DNA of 64,000 bases from IMG/VR virus record IMGVR_UViG_2778261035_000005, one strand, 5' to 3'. The notes under the pieces were generated by a model. That model had not been told where the DNA came from. It saw only the letters and a program-made list of their open reading frames with translations, and did not search any database. The translations under genes and the position numbers were made by a program. Each line of letters starts with the position of its first letter. Position 1 is the first letter of the stretch. The stretch is from a virus. Its lineage: Duplodnaviria; Heunggongvirae; Uroviricota; Caudoviricetes. This document shows, one piece after another, positions 55,475 to 64,000 of this stretch.

Positions 55475-55673
55475 ACGGGAGAAGGAAACACTTTATGAAA
55501 TCAGTAAGTGGCCGGAGTTCCCTGAGTACTGGAAGCCTAAAACGCGGGCTAAGTTAGAGCGGTTAGGGTTGGTTGCAAACGTTTCTGAAACGAGGGGGTC
55601 GGCCAACTACCAGTTAACTGATAAAGGGAAAGTATTGCTACAGCAATTAGTAGAATCAGGAGCGTTAAAATGA
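55458..55673 (+). CDS. small protein (71 aa)
   Basis: Good RBS aaggag before ATG 55458. Confidence 0.5.
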   Translation: MIVLSKREKETLYEISKWPEFPEYWKPKTRAKLERLGLVANVSETRGSANYQLTDKGKVLLQQLVESGALK

Positions 55674-55822
55674 TTCCATACATCTCATTAGCTTTTATGG
55701 GTGGCTTTCTTATCGGCTTCGGCATCTGTCGTGATTTAATTAAGCAGGAACTTAAAACCAAAACACTGTGCATCGGAAAGCGTGTGTATCGGGTAGTTCA
55801 TGAAACAAAGGTTAGAAAATGA
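55670..55822 (+). CDS. small single-TM protein (50 aa)
   Basis: MIPYISLAFMGGFLIGFGIC...; begins with the 13-bp repeat AATGATTCCATAC. Confidence 0.4.
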   Translation: MIPYISLAFMGGFLIGFGICRDLIKQELKTKTLCIGKRVYRVVHETKVRK

Positions 55823-56109
55823 GCAATTTAACTTCTTGGGACTGGTGGTTGGCCACCTATTTCTTAGCGGCCGGAGTCGCATTCGCCTTTTACGTAGGTC
55901 AGTTAGTCGTAAAACTGTTGCTGATTAAATTTGCTAGTCATAAACGTATCGATGATGGTCTGTGGCGTCTTGGCACCCTGGTGGAAACTCGCTACGGGCA
56001 ACTTAAGGAGAACGAAACCATTACTATCCAAGCGAAACGATTCACTGCCACCATCACAAGAACACCTAGTCGTAGAGTGGCCTTGATCAAAAAAGTCGCA
56101 ACCGAATAA
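55819..56109 (+). CDS. membrane protein (96 aa)
   Basis: ATGA overlap with previous ORF; N-terminal TM helix. Confidence 0.5.
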   Translation: MSNLTSWDWWLATYFLAAGVAFAFYVGQLVVKLLLIKFASHKRIDDGLWRLGTLVETRYGQLKENETITIQAKRFTATITRTPSRRVALIKKVATE

Positions 56110-56115
56110 AAACAC

Positions 56116-56140
56116 AATGATAAGTATTTACTTACTTATC
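56116..56140. promoter_or_regulatory. palindrome GATAAGTA-N6-TACTTATC
   Basis: gataagtatttacttacttatc. Confidence 0.45.
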
Positions 56141-56682
56141 TTTTATGTATAAGATGACTTTGTTTTCGTTGAGACGCGACTGTTTGAACTTAAATACAAG
56201 TGCAAACGAAGAAGTCTATCTGGCAGTAGCCTAATAAGCCAAACACCAGCGAGGTCAGTTTCCAGCCTCGTTACCGAAATGGGACACACTGAGCGAGTGT
56301 GATTGCAGAACGCAGGAGGGAACATGAATGTTCCCTCCGATGAAGTAACAGAATGGGCGGTCAGTATATTTTCAACTCATATACGACTCCCGGATTCTTA
56401 TCCAATGACCGCCCATCCTGTTACGTCATTTTGTTCAATTATGTCGTTTATACTGGGTTAAAAAGCGGCGACGTAGCCCGGCTGGTATGGTTAGCCAGCA
56501 CACAACGTTGAGGCCATTACATTTTTATCAATTCTAAGGTTCTATTCACAGAGATACCGGCGAGCGTTGATATGTAACATGTTGGGCAAACATTCAATCG
56601 GAGTAGTGGCCTCAACGTTGTGAAGACAGGATAGTTGTGTAGGTTTAACCACTGTTGCCATTGGTGCCTGTTTTCACAACAA

Positions 56683-56772
56683 ATGATTCCATACATCACA
56701 TTGTATAAATTACAAAGTAAGTGCAGTCCTCAGAAACATCATCTACTTAAAGATTTTGCCTTCTACTATTGA
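56683..56772 (+). pseudogene. truncated duplicate of the 5' end of the 55670 small-ORF
   Basis: AATGATTCCATAC repeated; frame closes after 29 codons. Confidence 0.3.
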
Positions 56773-56888
56773 GCGAAGTCGAAAGCGTCTGGCACTAACG
56801 AAAAGTGCAAGTAGCGGTGCGTTTCCTGGCAGAAACTAAACCGTCGCGATTGGCACTGTTGAGTAATAAATACTGGCAGTGCCGAATT

Positions 56889-56963
56889 GATGGTGTAGCT
56901 CAGCGGTAGAGCAGTTGGCTGTTAACCAACTGGTCGGTGGTTCGAATCCACCCACCATCGCCA
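56889..56963 (+). tRNA. tRNA-Asn (anticodon GTT)
   Basis: Cloverleaf read by hand: acceptor gatggtg/caccatc, anticodon loop ctGTTaa, T-loop ggtggttcgaatccacc, 3' CCA. Confidence 0.85.
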
Positions 56964-56965
56964 AT

Positions 56966-57041
56966 GCCGGTTTAGCTCAGTTGGTAGAGCACCTGCCTTG
57001 TAAGCAGGATGTCAGCGGTTCGAATCCGTTAACCGGCACCA
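56966..57041 (+). tRNA. tRNA-Thr (anticodon TGT)
   Basis: acceptor gccggtt/aaccggc, anticodon stem cctgc/gcagg, loop ctTGTaa, T-loop ttcgaat, 3' CCA. Confidence 0.85.
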
Positions 57042-57254
57042 ACACAACAGGAAAGAGCATTGAGAACCGCCGAGACTGCCCTGTTTGAAGCGTAAGTCCG
57101 TGCAAACGTCATACAGTGCTCTTTTCGTTGTGGTGAATGCGGCTAAGCGCACGCGGGGAAATGGTTATATTGATCCTTTGTGATGACTATTGGCTCCGTC
57201 CACGGTGGATAACCAGCCAAAGGACACCGGGAAGCACCCGGCACCACAACAATT

Positions 57255-57341
57255 GGAGAGTAGGGAGCATGGTGCTCAAGCGGTCTTGAAAACCGTCCCA
57301 TTGCGCAAGCGATGATGGTTCGATTCCATTACTCTCCGCCA
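57255..57341 (+). tRNA. tRNA-Ser-like (anticodon TGA, long variable arm), D-arm atypical
   Basis: acceptor ggagagt/actctcc, anticodon loop ctTGAaa, variable-arm hairpin cattgc-gcaa-gcgatg, T-loop ggttcgattcc, 3' CCA. Confidence 0.6.
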
Positions 57342-57496
57342 GACACAGCGTTGAGCGGTTTGGCCTTTTAATCACCCAGATTAAGACTCCGCTAACATAA
57401 ACCAGACCGCTCAACGCTGTGATAGACAATTACGGCAGACGTTCTTAACCATAGCTTGCTAACATCCTAGCAACACTTTTTTTCAGCGCAAAATTC

Positions 57497-57521
57497 AAAG
57501 GGGCTTCGGCCCCTTTTTGGC
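57497..57521. terminator. bidirectional rho-independent terminator
   Basis: aaaggggcttcggcccctttttgg. Confidence 0.75.
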
Positions 57522-57525
57522 TGGG

Positions 57526-58806
57526 TTAATTAAAACCGAATGAATCAAGTTCTGCTTTTAATTTATCGACCATTTTTTCAACTTCAACCACAATTTCGCC
57601 AATCACCTTTTCTTTGTGTTGATTAGAGCTAAGTTCAAAATAGGCGTTATATAACGCATAACGAGACAGAAAATTTCTAATCTCATTAGCGGGTCTAATG
57701 GTGTAGCCATCGGTTAACACGATATCGGTCTGTCTAGAGTGCTTCTCGTTGAGTTTTATTAGCCGCTTTATCTGTTTTTCATCCTTGAGCACTATCACTT
57801 TGTTAGCTGCAATTTCAAGCTCCCAGCCGACAAAATAACGCAGCGTAGAATTTAATTTAGCCACTTCCTCGGCTGCAATTTCCATTTTCAGCTCAATGTA
57901 GTTTCGCATATGCATAGGTAGGTCATTAAATCTTTGCAGCAAATGTTGTCGGCAGGGGTTGTTGTAAGACCAAAGAACTGCAAACGTAAGCCTATGATAA
58001 CAGCTTATCGCATTGGTATTACAGGCCGAATCACCAACAATCATGCGATCAACATAAAACTCTACGTCTTTTTGGTATTCTTTATTGAATATATCAGCGG
58101 CATAGGTGTCCAGGTAATGAACTTTAGATATTGCATCTTCAAAGAAAAGTTCATTTTCGAAGAAGTTGTATTTGTTCAGGAGACGATAAAGTTTCTTTGC
58201 GTCGTAGGTTTTGCTATTGTCGACATTAAGACCAAAAATAGCAATCAGCAGACTTACTTTTGGACTAATGCTGTTGCGCAGTTGTTCTATGTAAGATCTC
58301 TTTTCACTATCCGCAGATGACGGCAGATAGAAGTCTTTATCTACATAATTTAGAATTAAAATAATGTGGTTAACATACTTAATATAAACAGGGTTTTTTG
58401 TTGCATAGTAATAAACGCCCTTGACGACTTTTATATTCAATTTCAAATTGTACTGACTATCATCCAGTAAGGTTTTGTTAACATCCTCAAGTAATTTATT
58501 ATGCTGTTCAAGTAATATGCCGTACCATTCCTTAAAAGAAGATTTTTTCATTTCAAGAAGCGAAGCCGCCGTCAGCCTGGTCGCTCTCATTGCCGCCTTT
58601 GCACTATGCCTTGCCTCATAAGCGGCCCATGCTGTGGCTAAAAAGGCAAGTGAAGTAGCAAGCGTACCTATAACCTCTACGTTTTCCTTGACGGTATCCC
58701 AGAAAATAATCATCACTGTCCCAAGTATGAGGATTAACAAAACAGGCATTTTATCAGTGTCTTTGGTTAATTTTGAAACTGAATGATACCTAATCGACCA
58801 TACCAT
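57526..58806 (-). CDS. AT-rich gene: membrane-anchored protein (426 aa) of unknown function
   Basis: Two N-terminal TM helices then ~330-aa soluble domain; no motif recognised; composition visibly AT-rich. Confidence 0.6.
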   Translation of the reverse strand: MVWSIRYHSVSKLTKDTDKMPVLLILILGTVMIIFWDTVKENVEVIGTLATSLAFLATAWAAYEARHSAKAAMRATRLTAASLLEMKKSSFKEWYGILLEQHNKLLEDVNKTLLDDSQYNLKLNIKVVKGVYYYATKNPVYIKYVNHIILILNYVDKDFYLPSSADSEKRSYIEQLRNSISPKVSLLIAIFGLNVDNSKTYDAKKLYRLLNKYNFFENELFFEDAISKVHYLDTYAADIFNKEYQKDVEFYVDRMIVGDSACNTNAISCYHRLTFAVLWSYNNPCRQHLLQRFNDLPMHMRNYIELKMEIAAEEVAKLNSTLRYFVGWELEIAANKVIVLKDEKQIKRLIKLNEKHSRQTDIVLTDGYTIRPANEIRNFLSRYALYNAYFELSSNQHKEKVIGEIVVEVEKMVDKLKAELDSFGFN

Positions 58807-58955
58807 TTCAGCTAGTTTAAAGCTGTCTTGCCGGTTCTAGTGTGTCAACCTCACAAAGCCATTTCTGCTTAGTAACCAAACACATTAAATAGGTAATGAC
58901 TCACCTATTCATTTTAGCTATAGTCACGACACTTACTCACTTGAAAGGACTCTAT

Positions 58956-59081
58956 ATGGGAAACAAACGTAAACAGGCGCGTCGCGCAGCTCGTCAGGCA
59001 GTGAAGTCAAAGCCACGCATCCACGGCTACGAAATTGACACAATCATCGTTAATGAACAGCAGTTGCACGAGGTGAAGTGA
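58956..59081 (+). CDS. possible small basic protein
   Basis: ATG 58956 with RBS aaggac; ATGA overlap with glutaredoxin gene. Confidence 0.3.
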   Translation: MGNKRKQARRAARQAVKSKPRIHGYEIDTIIVNEQQLHEVK

Positions 59082-59326
59082 TGAAAGTCGTTATCTACGG
59101 ACGAGATAACTGCTCATACTGCAAACGTGCGGTCGAGCTGGCGAAGCAACTAAAGGGACATGGCTACGGTGATTATGAGTACATAAACATCACCACTGCC
59201 GGTATCGATAAGGAAAAACTTAGCGAAATTGTTGGTAAACCGGTAGAGACTATCCCCCAGGTGCTGATCGATGGCCAGCCGATTGGCGGATACACAGAGA
59301 TGGCATCTTTCGTAAGTTTCTTATAA
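59078..59326 (+). CDS. glutaredoxin-like protein
   Basis: CxxC active site (YGRDNCSYCKRA) and thioredoxin-fold size (82 aa). Confidence 0.75.
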   Translation: MMKVVIYGRDNCSYCKRAVELAKQLKGHGYGDYEYINITTAGIDKEKLSEIVGKPVETIPQVLIDGQPIGGYTEMASFVSFL

Positions 59327-59364
59327 GTAAAAGCCACATCTTTGTACATATAGTACATATAACA

Positions 59365-59388
59365 AAAAAGGCCCATATGGGCCTTTTT
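59365..59388. terminator. bidirectional terminator
   Basis: aaaaaggcccatatgggccttttt. Confidence 0.75.
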
Positions 59389-59510
59389 CATAACTTCTAG
59401 CTAACCACTACAGTGGCTTAAAGACCACTTCACCCTTGCGTTCAGCTTCAGCTTTAGCAGTCATGAATCGTTTGATCATTTCGACTTTGCTAGCATGGAT
59501 AGTTTTAAAA

Positions 59511-60065
59511 TCAATCTTCCCTTTGTTTTGGGTAGTGTTGTGTTCGTATCGCATAGGAAGCTCCGTCATTTAAATAAGTTAGGCCACGCTCTTGTGTAAA
59601 TCTCTTCACATATCTCTTGTATGTGGCCATCAGTTCTTCGCGTTCTGCCGCAAAGAATAAAATCTGTATGCCTTCATTGTCGGCAACTTTGAGCATTAAG
59701 TCAACTAAAGTACCGTAAAGGTATTGAAGTTCACCTAAAGTAAGATTAAAAGACCCTTCGGGTTTGGCAAATACGTTAATTGGCTCTTCCGCTCCAAGAG
59801 CGACATTCTGGAGCTGTTCTTGCTGCCTGTCAAGTTGAATCATGTCCACAAAACTAACGACAGATACACACAACCCATAAACATCAGCACCTAACATATT
59901 ATGCATAGTTTCTGCGGCAACAGGATCTAAAGAAGGAGGGCAAAAGACTAAACGGTATCTAGCCTTACGAGCTTCATTGCCAGAGAAAACAAAGTCTATA
60001 TCTAAATATGACAGATCACCCGGCAATGAAGCCAAACCAGGTGTAACCAACTTATGCAAGTGCAT
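59511..60065 (-). CDS. hypothetical protein (184 aa)
   Basis: ORF. Confidence 0.45.
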   Translation of the reverse strand: MHLHKLVTPGLASLPGDLSYLDIDFVFSGNEARKARYRLVFCPPSLDPVAAETMHNMLGADVYGLCVSVVSFVDMIQLDRQQEQLQNVALGAEEPINVFAKPEGSFNLTLGELQYLYGTLVDLMLKVADNEGIQILFFAAEREELMATYKRYVKRFTQERGLTYLNDGASYAIRTQHYPKQRED

Positions 60066-60201
60066 CTGTCTCGAATCCCTCTTTATTAGTATAAGTTGTC
60101 TTATTGTACCCTACCAAACGTTTATATGCATTGTTATGTATTATTTTGATTTTCAATATTACCTCCTAGAACGAAGGGTAGATTTCAAAAAACGCACCCT
60201 C

Positions 60202-60234
60202 AATGATTCCATACCTACTATGTATGGAATCATT
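60202..60234. repeat. inverted repeat AATGATTCCATA-N9-TATGGAATCATT upstream of integrase (candidate recombination site)
   Basis: 12-bp perfect arms; left arm is third copy of AATGATTCCATAC (also at 55669 and 56682). Confidence 0.5.
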
Positions 60235-60332
60235 ACTGAAAATGAGTTACTTTTACTCTTGATCCTATAAGAATCTATGCCTAATATACTGTTTACTTAT
60301 ACAGTGCATCGGCGTAACTCGGTGATTGTCAT

Positions 60333-61436
60333 ATGAAAAATAGCTTTGACAGAGCACGCGCTGCGGAGAACACCTCAAAAGAGGCGATTGAGTATCTCGA
60401 AAGAGCATCTCAAATGCAGGCCGTTATGATCTCCCAGGTCAGCAATGACATGAGATTCTCGGACGCATTCATGTTATTCACTCGCTTATCTCTGCTGATA
60501 ACAAGACGTCGGCCAGAGATCGCTGTTCATTGTATTTTGATACATGTTTTGCCGCACATTGCCGATGTAAAAGTAAGTGATATTAATAGGTTCATGGTGA
60601 ACCAACTGGTCAACCCACTAATACTGGATGGCAAAATTGTTATGGGTCGCCGCGTTTTCTCTCTGATGAAGCAGTTCCTCAGCTGGTGCGCCTTCCAGGG
60701 GATGATCGACGTGTCACCGTTAAACGATATGTCACTTAACAAAGTTGCCGGTGGCGCAAAGCCCACACCTCGCGAGCGGAAGCTAACCGACGCAGAGGTA
60801 TGGGTGTTCTGGAATATATGGGACTACTTCAATGTGTGTGCTGGTACAAAATGGGCGGCCAGGCTATGTCTTGTATCCGCAAGACGACCTGACGAAGTAC
60901 TGCGGGCTAAAAAAAGTGAGTTCAACCTCCAGCGTGGGGTTTGGAATCAAGGCAAGAGAAACAAATCAGCCCGTGAGCATTCTCTGCCTTTAAGCACATT
61001 AATGCGCACATGCATTGAAGAGTTATTCGAATATGGTAAAGGCAGCCAGTGGCTTGTGCCTTCGAATAAAAAAATCGGGAAAGATCTTCCGATGTCTAAA
61101 GTGGCAATAGCCCAGGCATTACGCCGTATCCTGGAACGACCAGAACTGATGGAGCTTGAGCCATTTACACCACGAGATTTGCGTCGTACTGCGCGTAGTT
61201 ACTTCCCAGCATTAGGCATAAGCCAGGAGGTATCACGTAAAATCATGAACCACAGTCTTGAGGGGATAGATCGGGTCTACGACCGGCACGATTATATGGA
61301 CGAGATGCGAGACGCCTTAGAAAGTTTCTCGACGTACATCGCATCAATCGTAGAGCAACCGGATTTAGACGAAATTGACCACAAATTCAAGGGAGATCGT
61401 CTATCGACAGAGCTTATTCGTGTAAATTTTTCATAG
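60333..61436 (+). CDS. tyrosine integrase / site-specific recombinase
   Basis: C-terminal catalytic motifs ...PRDLRRTARS... and NHSLEGIDRVYDRHDY (H-x-x-R ... Y). Confidence 0.75.
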   Translation: MKNSFDRARAAENTSKEAIEYLERASQMQAVMISQVSNDMRFSDAFMLFTRLSLLITRRRPEIAVHCILIHVLPHIADVKVSDINRFMVNQLVNPLILDGKIVMGRRVFSLMKQFLSWCAFQGMIDVSPLNDMSLNKVAGGAKPTPRERKLTDAEVWVFWNIWDYFNVCAGTKWAARLCLVSARRPDEVLRAKKSEFNLQRGVWNQGKRNKSAREHSLPLSTLMRTCIEELFEYGKGSQWLVPSNKKIGKDLPMSKVAIAQALRRILERPELMELEPFTPRDLRRTARSYFPALGISQEVSRKIMNHSLEGIDRVYDRHDYMDEMRDALESFSTYIASIVEQPDLDEIDHKFKGDRLSTELIRVNFS

Positions 61437-61817
61437 AGACTTTATGGCCTCAACAACCTTTTGTGATGCGCCTTTCTCTTTACCGAATCGCTCGTTATAT
61501 GCAGCAAGAACCTGTTTTTCGTCCTCGTTAAGAGGAGCAGTGCCTTCTTTGTATAAAAATGCTGCGAGTTCGGGTTGGCGTTCTTCCAGCACCATCATCA
61601 TAAGACGACTTGGCTCAATACCCAGTGCCAGCGCCAGCGGACGAACCTTATCGATAGGCAAAGGAATTTTGCCGCTTTTAATTAAAGAAAGGTTGTTGGC
61701 GTTTTTATACCCAATTGTTTTGGCTATCTGGGCCTGGCTCATAGGTGAGGATTCAATCAACCCTGCGATAAAAGCAGCGTAGCGACTTTCTATAAATTCA
61801 ATCTTGTTGTCAGACAT
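61431..61817 (-). CDS. XRE-family HTH repressor (CI/Cro-like)
   Basis: HTH MSQAQIAKTIGYKNANNLSLIKSGK; divergent from downstream rightward genes. Confidence 0.7.
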   Translation of the reverse strand: MSDNKIEFIESRYAAFIAGLIESSPMSQAQIAKTIGYKNANNLSLIKSGKIPLPIDKVRPLALALGIEPSRLMMMVLEERQPELAAFLYKEGTAPLNEDEKQVLAAYNERFGKEKGASQKVVEAIKSL

Positions 61818-62068
61818 TGTTACAACCTTTGCGCGTTCAATTCTCTCTGGTAAGTGCTTACCGATATTACATCAAAGGTTAGGGTTGTAAAGCTATTATC
61901 ATTTTTTTCGGCAGGCACTTTAAAGACCGGACAAAGACCAATGCATGGTGAAAAACTAGCCCCAAATAGGTAAGAAAATTAACTTGCATCTAATATGGAT
62001 GTATTCAGTATTGATATAAATTTTAGTAGTATTCCTTACAATAGTATAAGTAAGAATGGATTGATTGA

Positions 62069-62281
62069 ATGAACACCACTATTTCCAGCCTAATAGCTCT
62101 TGAGATCGGACACGTACAAAAATTAGCTGATGAGTGTGTAGCTGACATCCTCACCGAGCTACCGAATGAGCAGATTGAGGTTGGTGTGAATGACACAACT
62201 GGCTTTATATTCGAACTTAACAACAAACGCTTCACGCTTATCAATACCGGCTCCGGGTCTTTAGCCGTCAGAACCTGTTAA
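62069..62281 (+). CDS. small protein (70 aa), Cro-position
   Basis: ORF divergent from repressor. Confidence 0.35.
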   Translation: MNTTISSLIALEIGHVQKLADECVADILTELPNEQIEVGVNDTTGFIFELNNKRFTLINTGSGSLAVRTC

Positions 62282-62379
62282 TCCCTCTTCTACCTGCGCG
62301 AATGGCTTAGTTCCCTGTTCGCGCAGTGCTACATTAAACACACTAGTAAATAATTTGTTTTCATAACAAAGGATTAGCC

Positions 62380-64000
62380 ATGTCCAAAAAACGTTCCATC
62401 AAAGAGGTTCAGGACTTCCGTGACAGTGTAAAACGAGTAGTCGCTCTCCTTTCAGGTAAAAACATCCCTGTTGCAGAACGAGGGGACGACGCTTATGTAC
62501 GCTATAACGATGATGGAGAGCCAATTCTCGTAAACATCCCATCAATCCCAGATAACGCAACACCGGCATTGATGAATGCAGTACGCGGATTTCTAGATCA
62601 TGAAGTTGCTCACATTTTGTTTACCGATATTCATGTGTCCAACAAAATGAGAGAAAAAGGACACGTCCCTTCCTGGTCACTATGGAATGCCTTAGAAGAC
62701 GTGTTCATCGAGCGAAAAATGGGGCAGGTCTTTAACGGAACAAGACGTAATCTGATGGCAACTCAGCGCCTGATAATCGAAAAAGTCTTTAAACCAAAGG
62801 CTTCAGAGGCTATTACTTATTGTGGCAAAGATCAGCGCGCGCTTTTTCTAAACTTCTTTCTCTGTCCGGTTGTAAGAGCCTGGGATGGCCAAGCACCGTT
62901 CGTAGATTTCATGGATGAATACTGGCCTGTCATTGAGAAACCAATTTCATTATTAAAAGAACATGGTATCGATGTGGCCGTGCGTAACATGTCTTGCACC
63001 GAGGATTGTTTAAAGGTGGCTGCGACCATAGCTAAGATCCTCAAAGACACAGAAAGTGAAAGCAAAGGTAAGGAGTCAGCTCCGGGAAAAACTCCCGATC
63101 CTTCAGACGCTGACCAAGCGGATTCCTCTGGAGAAAGTAATGAAGACAATGAAGATCACAAGACACATGAGATGCTAGATAACCACATATCTATAGATGA
63201 TGAGTCACACGGTAAGTACATACATGATGATAACGATAGTGATGATTCAGATAATTCTGAATCATCAGAAACAATATTCGATGATACAAAAAATGATAAA
63301 GAGGTATTAGATTCTGATACTTCCAATAGCGCGACGACAGAAGCAACTACCTCGGATCACGAAAAAAGAAAAACGGCAGAAGACGGCTCTTCAGACATTC
63401 CCACTCCGTCCAAAATGAGTCTGGAAGAGGCTTTAGAGGAGCTTGATAGCATGGAAGATGAAGTCGGAGGCATGACAGAAGATGCACTATCCGAAACGAT
63501 TAAAAGCGAGTTAACAGAAAGCTCGAAAAGCGAATACAGGCCATACAATCGCTCATACGACTTCATCGGTTCGATTGATCAGGCAGAAGCCCATATCAAA
63601 CGGCTTATTAAAACATTCTCCGATATTGATTTAGGTGGATATCCAATCAGCCGTTATCGCATCGTTCCTGAAGGCAACCAACTCTTCGACAAATATATTG
63701 AAAAGCATCTTTCGTCAGGTGTTTCGTCGACGCTGGCAAAAGACCTGGAGCGTGCAATTGCAAGCAGAAACAGAGTTCAGTTTATACCGGGCCAGCGTCG
63801 GGGGCGCATTCATGGTTCTAGTATCTACAGATTAGCAATGAATGATGATCGCGTGTTTCGTAAAAAAGAAGAATCTAAGGCCGTTAACGCCTGTGTTCAA
63901 CAAGTGATTGATTTATCAGGTTCAATGAGCGGCGAAACGATTAAACTGGCTCTTGCAAGTGCATATACCATCGCCGATGCGCTTGATCGAATAAATGTTC
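62380..64000 (+). CDS. CobT-like protein with acidic linker and C-terminal vWA domain (3' end beyond window)
   Basis: ATG 62380 after palindrome taatttgttttc and RBS aaggat; D/E/S-rich region; MIDAS motif DLSGSM near window end; not in ORF track because no stop in window. Confidence 0.65.
   Translation, partial: MSKKRSIKEVQDFRDSVKRVVALLSGKNIPVAERGDDAYVRYNDDGEPILVNIPSIPDNATPALMNAVRGFLDHEVAHILFTDIHVSNKMREKGHVPSWSLWNALEDVFIERKMGQVFNGTRRNLMATQRLIIEKVFKPKASEAITYCGKDQRALFLNFFLCPVVRAWDGQAPFVDFMDEYWPVIEKPISLLKEHGIDVAVRNMSCTEDCLKVAATIAKILKDTESESKGKESAPGKTPDPSDADQADSSGESNEDNEDHKTHEMLDNHISIDDESHGKYIHDDNDSDDSDNSESSETIFDDTKNDKEVLDSDTSNSATTEATTSDHEKRKTAEDGSSDIPTPSKMSLEEALEELDSMEDEVGGMTEDALSETIKSELTESSKSEYRPYNRSYDFIGSIDQAEAHIKRLIKTFSDIDLGGYPISRYRIVPEGNQLFDKYIEKHLSSGVSSTLAKDLERAIASRNRVQFIPGQRRGRIHGSSIYRLAMNDDRVFRKKEESKAVNACVQQVIDLSGSMSGETIKLALASAYTIADALDRINV

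Larger units (their letters stand above)
1086..64000. mobile_element. temperate phage / phage-plasmid-like element, extends beyond window end
   Basis: Continuous phage gene content (terminase, portal, capsid, lambda-like tail, lysis, integrase, repressor, partition, replication) begins right after metG terminator; right end not in window. Confidence 0.8.

Noticed and set aside
56889-57341. tRNA genes as the host integration target (attB) for the nearby integrase
   Set aside because: From memory these tRNA sequences differ from the host E. coli Asn/Thr/Ser genes and they sit inside the element between phage genes, so they look element-encoded. This cannot be confirmed without a database comparison.

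Overview
The window opens inside an enterobacterial metG (MetRS C-terminal part, stop at 1038) and then runs for more than 62 kb through one mobile element that continues past the window end. By gene content and order it is a temperate, lambda-tailed siphovirus with plasmid-style maintenance genes. All calls are from reading the sequence and ORF track by eye; no searches were run.

Layout:
- 1.1-7.1 kb: about ten small, mostly acidic ORFs on the + strand, each behind its own copy of a conserved GATAAT + AAAACAA-N-TTGTTT palindrome cassette and most followed by their own terminator. The array is interrupted by a ~730-bp tract that is almost pure A+C on the + strand and by iteron-like GGGAAACGGC repeats.
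- 7.7-12.3 kb: a leftward operon with an SF2 helicase, a lipoprotein and a secreted Cys-rich protein.
- 12.4-15.6 kb: a ParB-like / ParB-like / ABC-type ATPase / GNAT-like cassette directly upstream of packaging.
- 15.8-43.8 kb: terminase, portal, scaffold, capsid, Ig-like decoration, lambda-like tail (G/GT, tape measure, M-L-K-I-J), Stf-like fibre, holin/endolysin/Rz/Rz1.
- 43.8-64 kb: GNAT/DUF1778 toxin-antitoxin, ParA + RHH partition pair, DnaB-like helicase, primase, ATP-dependent ligase, glutaredoxin, Sel1-repeat secreted protein, three tRNAs (Asn, Thr, Ser-like), an internal tyrosine integrase with divergent XRE repressor, and a CobT-like vWA protein truncated by the window.

Best candidates for undescribed biology:
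1. The left-arm array of individually promoted small acidic proteins sharing one operator (possible anti-defence island).
2. The AT-rich two-gene membrane cassette at 46.0-47.2 kb.
3. The AT-rich 426-aa membrane protein beside the tRNA cluster.
4. The ParB-ParB-ABC ATPase-GNAT cassette.
5. The A+C-only tract and iteron arrays.
6. A 13-bp direct repeat (AATGATTCCATAC) present three times, one copy in a palindrome just upstream of the integrase.
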